Shown here: positions 49,743 through 64,000 of the stretch, in pieces
Layout: every line of letters begins with the position of its first letter
Position numbering within the stretch: position 1 is the stretch's first letter
From: Heterodontus francisci
Taxonomy: Eukaryota
Reading direction: 5' to 3'
DNA: 64,000 nt
Assembly: GCF_036365525.1 (NCBI RefSeq)
Contig: NC_090376.1
Location: 8,581,997 to 8,645,996 of the forward strand
Program-made: the position numbers and the translations under genes
The notes under the pieces: generated by a model
What the model was told of the DNA's origin: nothing
Database searches by the model: none
Seen by the model: only the letters and a program-made list of their open reading frames with translations

Positions 49743-52369
49743 CTGTCATCGACCTGAAATGTTAACTTTGTTTCTCCCTCTGGAGATGCTGCCTGACCTG
49801 CTGAGTATTTCCAGCATTTTCTGATTATATTTCAGAATTCTAGTATCTGCAGTATTTTGCTTTTGTGACAATTGTAACCTGTGACTGTTTCATCCACTTT
49901 TAGGGTGATGATGACTCTGCTTCTGTATGTTAGCAGTTCCACTTGAATCTTTTGTGGAATGTGTTAAGTAACTTGTGCTTGGAGTGGGAGATGCTTGTGT
50001 TTATTATGATTATTGCACAGTGAATATTTTACATTGAGCTCCATGGTGTGATATTGAGTCAAACAGGTTAGTGAATCTAAGTTTGGCTCCTGGTCTTTAT
50101 TGTTAGCTGATCTTGGCTTCTGCACTAGGCTAGGAAGGTGGTGGGGGGAGAAATAGCCAGTGTTCCTGCTCTTCTTTTGAAGCCCAACTGTCTGCTGGAA
50201 AGCATGCTTGAGGGCTGTGCAATGATGCAATGAAATAGCTTGTCGTGCTCTACACAGATAAATAGCTTGTCAATGGCTTAGCTCACATAGAAAGATGGCA
50301 GCGTGGATGAGATACTAGAAATTTCTGAAATTTGTAGCATTTTATTTCATGAACACAAGTCTGAGACATACAGATGTAAGATTGGTAGATGGAAATATAT
50401 TAAAAGTGGGAAAGCACGTTGATCGTGAGGCACAGATGAACAGAGTGGTTAAGGATTTTAGTTATGTCTCATGAAAAGCTATCTTGTAGTTGCAAAAAAC
50501 CATCAGATTCTATGGGATGATGGGATTCATAACAGAGGGTTAGAATATGAAAGCAGGGAAGTACTGCTGCAATTTTGCAGAGCACTTATCAAACCTCACT
50601 TAAAATGAAAGCAGAAAATGCTGGAAATACCCAGCGTGTCAGTCAGTATCTGTTACCTGAAAAGGCAGGTTATGATGTTTCTGGTGTACTTTTCATCAGA
50701 AACATCACAATCTGTCTCTCCTCTTCATGGGTGCAAGCTGATTTTTGGAGCATTTTTGTTGACTAGCAGTTTTCCTTTTTTTTTCGATTCTTGTATTGTG
50801 TTCAGTTTTGACAGCCCACTGTAGGAATTGTCTTTGAAGAAAGCTAGAAACAATTTCACCAGGATGACCCCGGGCATAAAGGGACTAAATAATAAAAAAC
50901 TGGGTAAACAGGTGTCACTCCCTACAGGTAAGATTGAGGGTTGGTTTGTTTGTTTTAAACATTTCAATGAAGGGAATTGATCAGGTAAATAAGGAGCTAT
51001 TTCCCACTAGTAGGGGGAAATCAGGAACAAGGAGACATAATTATGGAATTCAAGATTAATCAGTTAAAAGCAATTGCAGAAAAATATTTTTCATTTCAAG
51101 GATTCTGAGAAAGTGAAATGAAGTGACTCAGGACCTTTGATTTTTAAATCTATCAACAGGTTTAAGAGGGCTTGGGAATCAAGGGGAGTAAGGGATGTGG
51201 AGAAAGAACAGAAAATGGGAATTAAAAGCAGTTTCCATCGCTTTCAAAAATGCCAAAGTGATTTTGTGTCTCAACAAGAGTCTGCCTCAAATAACAGCAT
51301 AGTAAAATATCCTAAGGTGCTTAAAGAAAGAATGAAGAAATGTTTGTTATTTGGAACCAACACATGGCACAATTTTATTGTGTGTTTGTGCAGCCTACTT
51401 ATAAGAGAACTGCTTCATCTGCAACCTCTCATTCCTGCTGCATTGTTTCTGAAGCTCTAAAATGTTATTGTAGACTGTTTCTTCTATAGTTGCATCAAAG
51501 ATAGTTGCAACCAGACAGATTTAATTATGCAAAAAAGGTGATCAAGTCAATCTTATACTATAACACAAGGCTTCGTGGGAATGACAAATGCTGGAGTTGT
51601 ACTGCTTTTAGCTTCATTCTGATCTGAGCATAGGTTGTCTAAAGGGGATTTATGCTAATACATTTTTTAAAACATTGAATTTATTTGTGCTCATCAATGG
51701 GGATGGCTTATACTTTTTTAAAAACCTAAAATTTGCAATTATTGCATGTTTTTTAACACAACCTTTCTCATCCTGCTCCAGATAAGTTGAAGTACTGATC
51801 AACCATGATCTAATACAATGATGGAACAGGCTTGAGGGGCTGAATGGTCTATAACTATTTGTTTGTGCAAAGGAAATGATGGTGAGCTTTGTTTGCATCT
51901 CTCCCCATCTTCTATGCAGTTTTTGCCACTTCTGTGTGTCTTGAGTCATGCTGGTGTAAGGTTCTGAGGGTACCTCTAATTTGCAATTGATTCTCTGGGG
52001 TGGAGAAGGGCAGATGTCACAGCTCAATCATCTCCCCATGTGACACCCACATAGATGCACCTTCCGGAGCTGAATAGTAAGAAGTAGGAAGAACTTTCAT
52101 TTATCCTTTCTTTTAGGTATTGTCATTAATTGTAAAGGCCTTAATGTTGCTGCAATTGAGATCAACTTACACAGGACAGTCTGGGGAACAGTTCTGATCT
52201 GCATCGTTCAGTTACACCCAGCTTTACCAACTGAGCATTTGGGAAGCTCTGATGTTGAGCTTTGCCATATATGTCATGGTCCTTTGTAAGAATGAATGTG
52301 AAGTTTTGGTCTGCTCATGTCATACTTTATCGCTGTGCAGTTAGATTGCAACTGTGCTGAAAATTAATG

Positions 52370-54304
52370 ATAATGATTTGAAAGAATATCGGGATTGTAG
52401 GCGCAATCTGAAACGAGGAATTAAGAGGGCTAAAAGGGGTCATGAAATATCTTTAGCAAACAGGGTTAAGGAAAATCCCAAAGCCTTTTATTCATATATA
52501 AGGAGCAAGAGGATAATTAGAGAAAGGATTGGCCCACTCAAGGACAAAGGAGGAAAGTTATGCATGGAGTCAGAGAAAATGGGTGAGATTCTAAACGAGT
52601 ACTTTGCATCGGTATTCACCGAGGAGAGGGACATGACGGATGTTGAGGTTAGGGACAGATGTTTGATTACTCCAGGTCAAGTCGGCATAAGGAGGGAGGA
52701 AGTGTTGGGTATTCTAAAAGGCATTAAGGTGGACAAGTCCCCAGGTCCGGATGGGATCTATCCCAGGTTACTGTGGGAAGCGAGAGAGGAAATAGCTGGG
52801 GCCTTAACGGATATCTTTGCAACATCCTTAAACATGGGTGAGGTCCCGGAGGACTGAAGAATTGCTAATGTTGTCCCCTTGTTTAAGAAGGGTAGCAGGG
52901 AAAATCCAGGTAATTATAGACCGGTGAGCCTGACGACAGTGGTAGGGAAGCTGCTGGAGAAGATACTGAGGGATAGGATCTATTCCCATCTGGAAGAAAA
53001 TGGGCTTATCAGTGATAGGCAACATGGTTTTGTGCAGGGAAGGTCATGTCTTACCAACTTAATAGAATTCTTTGAGGAAGTGACAAAGTTGATTGATGAG
53101 GGAAGGGCTGTAGATGTCATATACATGGACTTCAGTAAGGCGTTTGATAAGGTTCCCCATGGCAGGCTGATGGAGAAAGTGAAGGCGCATGGGGTCCAAG
53201 GTGTACTAGCTAGATGGATAAAGAACTGGCTGGGCAACAGGAGACAGAGAGTAGCAGTGGAAGGGAGTTTCTCAAAATGGAGACGTGTGACCAGTGGTCC
53301 ACAGGGATCCGTGCTGGGCCCACTGTTGTTTGTGATATACATTAATGATTTGGAGGAAAGTATAGGTGGTCTGATTAGCAAGTTTGCAGACGACACTAAG
53401 ATTGGTGGAGTAGCAGATACTGAAGGGGACTGTCAGAGAATACAGCAGAATATAGATAGACTGGAGAGTTGGGCAGAGAAATGGCAGATGGAGTTCAATC
53501 AGGGCAAATGCGAGGTGGTGCATTTTGGAAGATCCAATTCAAGAGTGAACTATACAGTAAATGGAAAAGTCCTGGGGAAAATTTATGTACAGAGAGATTT
53601 GGGTGTTCAGGTCCATTGTTCCCTGAAGGTGGCAACGCAGGTCAATAGAGTGGTCAAGAAGGCATACGGCATGCTTTCCTTCATCGGACGGGGTATTGAG
53701 TACAAGAGTTGGCAGGTCATGTTACAGTTGTATAGGACTTTGGTTCGGCCACATTTGGAATACTGCGTGCAGTTCTGGTCGCCACATTACCAAAAGGATG
53801 TGGATGCTTTGGAGAGAGTGCAGAGGAGGTTCACCAGGATGTTGCCTGGTATGGAGGGCGCTAGCTATGAAGAGAGGTTGAGTAGATTAGGATTATTTTC
53901 ATTAGAAAGACGGAGGTTGAGGGGGGACCTGATTGAGGTGTACAAAATCATGAGAGTTTTAGACAGGGTGGATAGCAAGGAGCTTTTTCCCAGAGTGGGG
54001 GATTCAATTACAAGGGGACACGAGTTCAAAGTGAGAGGGGAAAAGTTTAGGGGGGATATGCGTGGAAATTTCTTTACGCAGAGGGTGGTGGGTGCATGGA
54101 ACGCATTACCAGCGGAGGTGGTAGACGCGGGCACGATAGCTTCTTTTAAGATGTATCTAGACAGATACATGAATGGGCAAGAAGTAAAGAGATACAGACC
54201 CTTAGAAAATAGGCGACAGGTTTAGATAGAGGATTTGGATCGGCGTAGGCTTGGAGGGCCGAAGGGCCTGTTCCTGTGCTGTAATTTTCTTTGTTCTTTG
54301 TTCT
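52370..54304 (+). mobile_element. Young 5'-truncated CR1 with a 448-aa open RT domain
   Basis: ORFs 52354-52857 and 52879-54225 are in the same frame, separated by one stop (W to TGA); NYRPVSLT, QHGF, MDFSKAFD, KFADD; tail (TTCTTTG)n. Confidence 0.96.
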
Positions 54305-54524
54305 AAAACCCTTTAGGGATTGAATATTTTAAATTAGCTGTTTGGTCATAGAATTCAAATATTTTGCTGCTATTTACCTTGAGCGGTACCATATATAAAG
54401 TCTGATGTGGTCAATGAACTCAGTGAAATATTTGGGACTCAATCTAAAATTCATTTGTCATTTGTACCCATTTGATTGGGAATTTTTTGCCAATTGTTTG
54501 GGAATCCAAGATGCTTTGACGACA

Positions 54525-54930
54525 GTAGCTTGGATTTACATAGCACCTTTTTAACACAGTAAAATGTCCCAAGACACTTCACAGTGTGTTATCAAGCATA
54601 ATTTGATACTGGGACAGTAGCCAAAGGTTTGGTCAAAGAGGTAAGTTTTAAGGAGCATCTTGGAGGAAGAGCCAGAATGTGAAAAGGTTTAGGAAGGGAA
54701 TTCCAGTACTTGGGGCCTCGCCAGCTGAAGGCACTGCCACAATGGGGATGAGAAGGAAATTGAGGATGCACAAAGCCAGAATTGGAGGAATGTAGAGTTC
54801 TCTGGGGAGGTGTAGGGCCGGAGAATGTCAGAGATAGGGAACGGCTAAGCCATGGAGGGTTTTAAACACAAGCTTGAGAATTTTAAAATCGAGGCTTTGC
54901 TGGACTGGGAGATAACTTAGGTCAGCTGAA
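54525..54930 (-). mobile_element. L2 3' fragment
   Basis: Same family as 13430-14530 and 29655-30250. Confidence 0.7.
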
Positions 54931-57900
54931 GAAGTAGCATAGTGGGTGTGGTGCCACTAAATCGATATGATGCACTTTAAAGTGGAAGTTTGAGCTTTTT
55001 CAGTAACTGTATTGATGCTGAAGCCAAGATTGCTGAGGCGATGGGGGTGAAAAGGGAGGTAAAACTACTTTATAAAAGAAATTGTCTACATGATGAGATT
55101 TATTTCTTTTTACTGAGGACTCATATGCCGGTACAAATATTCACTGCTCCTTTTCCCAGTAACATGTTCTCATTAAAATGAATGGAATAGCATGTCCCAG
55201 TGAATTCCTATCACAATAACCCTGTAATGCCTAAATAAACACCCTAAATAATCCATTGCTGCGTGTTAGGGCAATGGGCACAAAAATCAGAGAAGATGCA
55301 GTGCAATGTAGTGAAAGTTGATCAAAAGATGAGTGCTTTGTCATTTTTTTACGAAAGCTGTGTGATTGTATACAGGCTGTACTAATATATACTGATTTAG
55401 TTCTTAGCTGAGCTCTACTTAAATATGAAAGAGTTTAACTTACTGCAGGAATTCCTATGCCTCTGTAGCTCGGGTGAGCAGGAGCTCTGGTATTGATTAA
55501 AGTATTACAGGTATCTTGTAGGGGGTACTTCACTCATTTTGGTATTTTCTATATCACTGAAATAAATCAAATGCCAAGGAACCTTATTGCAGTGACTTGT
55601 GAATTTGATTTGATCTAAAATGAGCTTAGTTGCATGCTTGTGTTGATTTTATTCATTCCTATTTGACATTTACAAAATACAAGATAGCAGACTCCCACCA
55701 TCCAAAATTAAACCAGTGTTTGGAGATATTTATCTTCTCTTTACTGCTCTTACGATGGCAGCAAATGGTTACCATTTCATTGGCCTATTAAAATTCCATG
55801 TTATCTTGAGCCAAGTCAAACGTTGGACCGAAGATCTGATGAATTGCCTGATCGTGTGTAGTACAGAGTGAGTGGGGATCTAGAAACGTTGCAAGTGCTC
55901 CATAGTTTTTAGTGAGTGTTTAAATTTCAAACAAAGCTCCCCCACCCCCACCCCCCTTTCTCTCTTGGAGACAGTGATTAATGTTGTCATTCTGCTGGAG
56001 CATAACTTTGAGCTATGTCATTCTTGGGTCCTTGTTTATATAAGGATGCTGTTTGAAGATGTGAGAAATTCCTTCAGGTCAAATTTCACCTAAAGAGGAG
56101 TCGCCTGTGGCCTTTCAAGACTATCTTTTGCAAACAATGTGTCAACTGACCACAAAAGTGTGCATTTCTGTTGTCTGCTGAATTCAGTAATCTAGCACTG
56201 AAGACTTTGAGACCTGCCTTCATTGGAAATATAAATTGTTCTTTTGTTTACATTGTACGGTACTTATAATATTTGTATTATACTTCTATCCGTCTGAAAG
56301 TTTTATCTTTTTGGGATCCATAAGGAGGCGCACTGTATTGTCAAAGTGCAGAGTTCAAAGCTGAGAAATGATGCTCACTGTCTTGGCTAGCATACGAAGA
56401 ATGAGATACTGGAAAAAGTGATGGCAAATGTAGAACAAAATTTCAGCATGAGGCAAAAAGTTTAATCCTCCCTGAGAGTGGGGATGGAGGTTAGAATAGG
56501 AGTTGTTAAAGTGTGTAATGCTTTGCCACAGGGAGTAGTTGAAGCGCAGACTGTTGCTGCTTCTATGGTAAGAGTGGACAAGTGTTTAAAGCAGAGGACC
56601 ATACTTGGAGTACTATGTACAGTTCTGGTTACTGGTTATAAAAAAGATATAGAAGCGCTGGAGATGATGCAAAAAAGACTTACACGATGATATTAGAACT
56701 GCAAGGTTCTATCCATCAGGAAAGGATGAAAAGGGAAGGCTGAAGTGTGACCTAATACTCTTATTTAAGATTATGAAAAGTGTTGATCAAGCAGGTACAG
56801 AGTATAAGAAAGTCACCAAGAAATCCAATAGGAAATTCAGAAGAAACAACTTTAACCGAAGAGTGGTGAGAATGTGGAACTCGCTACTGCAAGAACTGAT
56901 TGAGGTGAATAGTATAGATGCATTTAAGGGGTGGCGAGAAGAAGGGAATAAAGGGTTAGATGAGGTAGAATGGGAGGAGGCTCAAGTGGAGCATAAACAC
57001 CATGTGGCTGGTTTCTGTGCTGCATATTTTGTGTAAGATACAGGGATTGGAGAATGGCTAGACAGATCAGTTTTGGCTTACTGTATTAAAATGCCAAGAA
57101 AGACATGATAGGCCAAATGGCCACCTCCTGTGCAGCAATCCTTTTAGGATTATGTGGTTTCTAAGGTATTTATTTCTGTAATTTCCAGAATATTGTATCA
57201 GTGAAAATTATCCTTGGGAGTTATTGCTGCTTAGCAGTATATATTGGTGAGTATGTTTCTAGTTAGCACCATTTTCTTGTTTCTGTAATCTACTGTATGA
57301 GTGCAAAAAATTGTTATGGGGACCAAATAGGTGAGTTTAAAAAAAAAAAAATGTCCATGCTCTAGAATTGTAGAAATTACAGTGCACAATGAGGCCACTT
57401 AAGTGCTCACTCTTCAACTGTAACAATCCATTCTAATTTCTCGCGATGGACGGACTGGCGCCCTTCTGTGTTATGACACTGACTCCTTTTCTTTGCTCGT
57501 GTATTCTTTATGTGCTTCCTTTTTCAAGTAGTTAGCTACTTCCCTTTTCACTGATGTCATGGTCTCTGTCTCAGTAGCTACTTGTTGTAATAACCATCTG
57601 TGAGAAATTGCAAGTCTCAGCTTGGCTCAGTGGGTAGCTCTTGCCTCTAAGTCAGAAAGGGCCACGGCCCCATTTCAGGACTGAGTGCACAATCGAGGTA
57701 GACACTGTAGTTCAGTACTGTAATGAACTTTATCAGAAGGCTGAGACCTTACAATTTCACTCGAAATGAGCTCTGGATTTCAATTGTGCTACTCTTAGCA
57801 ATTCTCAAATGGAGGTCATTCATTTTCACTTCGGCTGGGAGAAAGTGGAGTGAAATTGCGGGACTGGGAGTTTGATTTAACAGCATGCTATCAGTTGCTG

Positions 57901-58409
57901 TATAGAAGCTGGGATAACCTTCCTCCTATTTACATTTTCTTGCCAAAAAAATAGCAAGGATGAAAAAGAGGGAACGCCACTGAACCTCACCTTGATTAAT
58001 GAGCCACATGTGGGCAGGTCATGAATGAAAGCCCAGAGGCACTTGAAGCAGCAAATCTGCCAAGTGCCACAGGTGAAAGGGAAATAAACTGTGCGATGTC
58101 ACTGAATTATACTGCTTCAGCTGAACGTGGTAACCTTGTTTTGCTGTGTGTGCTGATGGTGCCAGTTAGTATAGATGTTGGTTGTTTTGTTCGCTGTCGA
58201 ATCTTGCTGCACAATAAGTCGTATGGGAAGATTAGTAATTTTATCACTGTGACTGCAAGTTTATAGAGAAAATCTTGATTTCCAGTAAATTACATATCTG
58301 GTCTATATTTTAGGTTGCTAAGTGCAACACAGTATCATGATTCAAAGCTGAATTTCTTATGCTGTCAGAATGTGTGCTTATTAATTTTAATGCTGCTGTC
58401 CTGTGTACT

Positions 58410-58530
58410 GTCTGTCACTCTAGAATTGGCCTTGATAGCCACTCCAGGCGCTGCTCCACAAACCACTGACCACCTCTTGGTGCTTACTCATTGTCTCTCG
58501 AGACGAGGAGGCCAAAGAAGAAGAAGAAGT
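58410..58530 (+). mobile_element. Very short RTE 3' end
   Basis: Matches 29946-30050; (GAA)n tail. Confidence 0.85.
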
Positions 58531-59119
58531 CTGTGTGAAGCTTTTTAATCATAGATTCATAGAATGCTTTTAGCACAGAAGGAGGCCATTCGGCTTGTGG
58601 CCGTGCCGGCTGTCCGCCAGAACGACTCGACTCATCCCACTCCCTCGCCTTTGCCCTGTAGCCCTGCAGAATTTTTTCTCTTCAGATAAATATCCAATTC
58701 CCTTTTGAAAGCCACAATTGAAACTGCTTACACCATACTCAGGTAGTGCATTCCAGATCTAACCAGTTTTTATCCTGATCGCTGTCTAGTGAATTCACTT
58801 CCGTCACTGTGCACATAGGATCAGGATGCTTAGGAAGTGTTTCATAGTTGAATAATTTGGGCACTTGACCTTGTAAGCTTGCATGTGATGAATGGCCACT
58901 GGAAAGTTATTGGCACATGTGGAACATTAGCCTGATGACTCATCATTTTTGGGGGCTGTGAGGTTGGAAAAATCAGTCTTAAAAGACTTTTAGGTTCTGA
59001 GTGAGAAGAACATAGATTCAAACCTCAATCCAGGATCTGAACGTGTGATTTTGTCTGACATCTCAGCACCGGAATTGCTGCATAGTTGGAAGGATTGCGA
59101 TTTTGGATGAGACATTAAA

Positions 59120-59466
59120 GGGCGGCGCAGTGGTTAGCACCGCAGCCTCACAGCTCCAGCGACCCGGGTTCAATTCTGGGTACTGCCTGTGTGGAGTTTG
59201 CAAGTTCTCCCTGTGTCTGCGTGGGTTTCCTCCGGGTGCTCCAGTTTCCTTCCACATGCCAAAGACTTGCAGGTTGATAGGTAAATTGGCCATTAGCAAT
59301 TGCCCCTAGTATAGGTAGGTGGTAGGGAAATATAGGGACAGGTGGGGATGTGGTAGGAATATGGAATTAGTGTATTATTAGTATAAAATGGGTGGTTGAT
59401 GGTCGGCACAGACTCGGTGGGCTGAAGGGCCTGTTTCAGTGCTGTATCTCTAAACTAAACCAAACT
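59120..59466 (+). mobile_element. V-SINE (HE1-like) inserted into a Deu-type SINE
   Basis: Same head and V-domain as 4157; tail (TAAAC)n. Confidence 0.9.
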
Positions 59467-59909
59467 AGGTTCCTGCTCAGGTACATGTGAAAGATTCCAC
59501 GTCACTACTTAAGGAAAAGCAAGGAAGTCTTGACCAACATTTCTCCTTCAACCAGCATCACCAAAAGATTAAAATTAGTTAATTTCTCATCAGTGGATGT
59601 CTGGGCATGCAAAAAAAAAAGCAAAATGTAAAAAAAAAAATAATGTTTAAGTAGAATGTTTGCAAATTATAAATAAGGAAAAATATAGACAGCTACAGAA
59701 GGCAAATCACTTCACAGTCTATACATTAACCCTTCTAACGGATGGAAGAATCTGAGAACCAAATCTGGATGGTCGAAACCTCCAGCTCAAGTGGACACAG
59801 CCTGGTCATTTTGAGGATGGGTGGTGCAGCACACCAACTCTTAAGTTGAGAAATCGAGGTGAAGGACTTGGTAGTGCAAAATACTAGCATGATTGACGAG
59901 AAGACAATA

Positions 59910-60640
59910 GCCTGGATTTTTGCAGTGGTAATGACAGCGAAATTGTCAGCGTTTGCTGTCATTACTCCTCTGAAACTGAGGGCAACTTCTGGAGTCTGCG
60001 TGTTTGCATTTAACCTTGGAAATCCAGAAATTGCTAACGGTGATTCTGCACTTCTCCAACAGTGTTGAAGCCCCTGCAGACTGGAAGTTGCTGATGAGCA
60101 CTTCCACTTTTACGCAATTAGGAAAGTATCGCATAGGCCTTGTTCCATGTTAATTACCACACATCGAAAAACTGGCTGCACACAACAATGACATTTTAAA
60201 GGAAACATTGGTACTAAACTCATAATTACTGCTGAACAACCTCTCTGGCCTGAAAGAATTTTATATTTATGGAATGTCAAATTTCTCCATTATGGCCACA
60301 TTTTAAAATTTTCAAATTTTTTTTTGATATTTTAGCTTCTATGTTAATCCCATGTGTATGTCTCCATTTGTTTTGTTTTCTTTAAAATATTAAAAAGTGA
60401 AGGATAATCAGCGCTTTTAACATTCTGCTATGTGAGAATATTTCACTCTGGCTGCCTACTCTGCTTGGTGGCATCACTGTAGCTGGACACCTCAATATCC
60501 CCTTGACTTGGTGCCACATTCAAATTAACATTGCAGAAGGTGAAATTCATGCTTCTGAGAATGCTAGATCATTGCTGACCTCGAAGAAAGAAGCCTACAG
60601 TGAGCACTGTCGCTTCACCTCTGGCCACAAAATCCAGGCC
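59910..60640. mobile_element. Probable MITE with short terminal inverted repeats
   Basis: GCCTGGATTTT (59910) / AAAATCCAGGC (~60629-60639); internal hairpin GTAATGACAGCGAA...TTTGCTGTCATTAC. Confidence 0.45.
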
Positions 60641-63600
60641 ACTGTAAGTCAGGAATTGGCCACTGGGTGAGACTGGTAGTTGAGTTTCAAAGGCCTGCTG
60701 ATTGTCGGAGGGAGGTAAAGGGTTCTATTGCTTTGAAACCCTGAGAAAGATCAGCTTAGTGTATAAGAAAAACCTAACAAAACCCAGAAGGAGGATTAGA
60801 GAAATACGGTCAGTGTTGCTGTTTTATTTTACCATATACATTTATACAGAATTTAGTTATGTTAGAGAATTTTTTTAATCATCCAATATTTTTTACGCTT
60901 AACTGCAGTGTAATACAATCCAAAATCCACACGGCTCTGTAGTTGATTGTATAGTTGATTTGTCGAAACATTAGGTAACGCAGGAGGTGACTGTAAATAG
61001 TTTGGTCTGTAAATCAGATGAAAGTGTGATCTGAGCATAAAACGATTTCTAGGAATTTACAATAATTATTTGCTTATTAAATTTTTTTTAAAGAGAGCAT
61101 TCTGGAAATCTTAAAGTGGTTTATATCCAAATACTTCTGAAGTGTAGTCACTGTTGTAAATGTAGAAAATTTTTAGTATACTGAAAATGTTTTATGTAAA
61201 CCCCATTTAGGATGGCTTAGTGATATTGAAAATATTTGCATTTGATATTGGTGCTGTCTAAACTATACAAAGTTGTACAGTTGAAGCAGATAGCTATTGT
61301 TTTATTTCGGATTTCCAGCATCCACAATATTTTGCTTTTATATCTTTGTTTTTCTTTCTCTTCCCCCCCCCCCCCCCCCACCCCTCCCCTGCCCCCAAAG
61401 AATGTGTAATTCTTAAAAATTAATGTGCTAGGAGTTCTTTCAAGCATGCCATCATCTTCTGTGCAAGGACTGTTAGATTTGTTCAAGTGCTAATTTTACC
61501 GGTGTCAATTAGCACCGATGTTAGCCTATAAGTTGGAGGTATGGCAGGACTTGCAGCAAACGGAGTCTACTTACTCAGAATCTGCTTAAACAGAACAACA
61601 AATAGTGTAGAGTCCCTATTTAAAAAGAGTCTGTATGAAATGCAGCCAATAGAACTCACATCAGGGTGAGTTCTCCAGCAAATGCAGTGAGTGGAGGACA
61701 GTTATACAATACAAATGATGTGCGTAAAATCAATTCCAGTCACTTACAGCAGTCTCCAGGCCTGATTGATGGGGAATTACCCAATCATTTCCATTCTGGC
61801 CAGGAATAGTAGTGGCACTCTATATAGCCATAATTTTATTTTTTATCGAAGAAAAATATTCAGCATCTTGATAGCAAAAAAAATTGAGACATAAGCTAAT
61901 TTTCTTCCCACCTTTCCTGAAGGTATTAACTGCTGCTGATGCCAATCGCCCTCCGGTATTTCACACAAGCATCTGGCACAGATGCAATGGGCTGAATGGC
62001 CTCCTTCTGTGCCATAAATTTCCTATGCTTTATGTTTCTTTATGTGAGTGCAAGTACTGAGCGCAAACTTGCTATTAAATCTGTTTACTATCACAGCCAA
62101 AACTGATCCAGTCCTTGCCTGACTTCAGTAGTTTTTTTGTAGTACTCAGAGTGATGATAATGCGGCATTTGCTACCATGTGGAGTGTTTAAGGGGAAGGA
62201 ATAAAAGGATATGTCGATGGGTGAGATGAAGTATGGTGGGAGGACGCTCATAGGGAGCTTAAATGTTGGCATAGATCTGTTGGGCTAATAGCCTATTTTT
62301 CTGCTGTTAAATTCTTGGTAGAGAGTGTTGGCAAGTAATCAGCAGTGGGGACCTTAGTTGATGAGCCCCTCTTACTTCAGTGCATTGTGCCCAATTGTAT
62401 GACCTCGTCAACCTGGCTGAGATCTTCTAACTTAGTACTGACTTGGGCTGAAGCCTATGTCTTTCTTGATTTGTGTGGCGCAGTGACACTCTGTCTGCCA
62501 AGTAAGTCATTGTGGGAACCTAAAATTATGAAACCGAACCTTAACCTGTACTATCGGTATACTAAGTTGTAGAGGCCAGGAAGGTCCCAGCTTTGCTTCC
62601 TGTCTGGTTACAGCCGGGCAACAGTAAGGTTGCGCCAATGCACCTCAAACTCTTGGGTTAAAGAATGGAAAACTCAGTCAGAATTATTTTTCCTTTTATC
62701 ACGATTCAATGTTTGTTGCTAGAAATGGCTGTGTGCAGATGTCTGATGAGCACAGCAATAGACCCTTGGAAAGTCAGTTTCGTTCCCCAGTGGAACCATA
62801 CCTAGTATGGTATACCATACCTCATGCAATCGGCATCACTAACCTCCAGGCACAATTTTCAGCATCAGATTTAGTGTGAAAACCCCAGAGAATCGACCGT
62901 GAGGAATTTCACATTAATAAGGTCAGAATCAGGAGAGGTTCTCTTACCAGAAAAAAATCTGGTAATTTATGGTAGAAATCAGACTTTTGAGGATACAGTG
63001 GGTAGCAATATTCTGTGAATTGTTTAGACCTAGATTGTAACGGCTAGACTCCCTCCTACCCAGAAATGTTCCTTTTACACGTGGTGCAGGGTCTTTAATT
63101 TAAAACTTTATAATGCTGGAACTCTGATGCTAGCAACTTGGGATTTTTCACGTGGTGAATTTGTAACCCACCCCCACAACACAGCTGGAATCAGAGTGGT
63201 TCTTTGCAGGCAGTCAGTGGAAAATGAGTAGCTGTAAGTAGGTTGGTTACAGAGGTCTGTACATTGGCAAACTGCCTGACCTTTTGACTGGGGCGTGATA
63301 TGGGGGGAGGGGAAGGGAGTGAAAAGAAAATCACAAGGAACTAACTAAACCAGTAGAGCAATGCTCCATAGTATGTTGGGTGAGTCCAGTCTTGTCAATC
63401 TCCAGTCTATTCCCTGTTCTTCAAAATTGCCAACGTTAGAATTCACTGGACATTTCTCCCCCAATTTCCACTTGCTTAGAACAATCGTAGGCTGTTAAGC
63501 CCCTCGAGCCTGTTCCACCATTCAGTCAGATCATGGCTGATCTGTATCTCAATTCCTCCTACTGTCTACCAGTGAACAAAGAACATTTATCTCTGTAGCT

Positions 63601-64000
63601 CTGTTTTTATAAAGCCAGATTAAAACATATTAGTTGCATATTTGTTGTTGGATTTTGTACAGGAAAAGTATTAACTCTACAGTTGTATTTTGTATTACTG
63701 TGTGCATTGCTACTATGTTGTAAAGTAGTTGAATGTGGTAAATTTACAGCAGTGTTTGGGAAGTGGGGGGAATAAGGGAGAAGTAGTACAATTTAGATAC
63801 TGATCTCAATTAGGGCTATGGTAGTATTACTGTTTTTGGCCTCAGTGCCTTGAGCCAGGGAGTGAAGAAATCTGTTGATTATTATTTCCAGCTTATGCTG
63901 GAAAGTATTCCTAGATAAAAGGTGAAACCTGCATCAGGCTTGACTTTAATTCTTTCCATAATCAAATAAACTGTCAACACTTTGTGGAAAAAGGTACCAG

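Noticed and set aside
52879-54225. Domesticated RT gene
   Set aside because: 5'-truncated, preceded by an in-frame stop, ends in a CR1 tail and has a near-identical dispersed 3' copy; an ordinary young CR1.
59735-60134. Overlapping short ORFs suggesting a viral or pseudogene insert
   Set aside because: No recognisable motifs; they overlap a MITE-like repeat.
42000-64000. RSF1 exon 2 (expected LHLKLMRKIGKSV-like peptide)
   Set aside because: Not found by eye; probably beyond the window.

Overview
Eukaryotic, repeat-rich vertebrate DNA. The SINE/LINE families point to a cartilaginous fish (shark). Three genes are supported. (1) The first coding exon of a divergent TMEM164-like gene (-, 933-1295; the rest runs off the left edge). 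(2) A complete three-coding-exon AAMDC (-, 31550 to 12754, 122 aa). (3) The first coding exon of RSF1 (+, 41819-41948), head-to-head with AAMDC at a bidirectional promoter. The rest is intronic/intergenic and filled with CR1, L2, RTE, Tx1 and Penelope-like retroelements, V-SINE and Deu-type SINEs and probable MITEs, often nested. The most unusual items are: a probable TMEM164 ohnolog; a ~36-unit CCAAT/E-box/splice-donor-like minisatellite in its 5' region; an ORF1-less LINE with a tRNA-derived 5' head; minimal hammerhead motifs in Penelope termini; a perfect 83-bp fold-back and a 68-bp tandem array, each flanked by a 13-bp TSD; and a ~200-bp inverted duplication bracketing the AAMDC/RSF1 promoter. 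All calls were made by eye with no database searches, and repeat boundaries are approximate.
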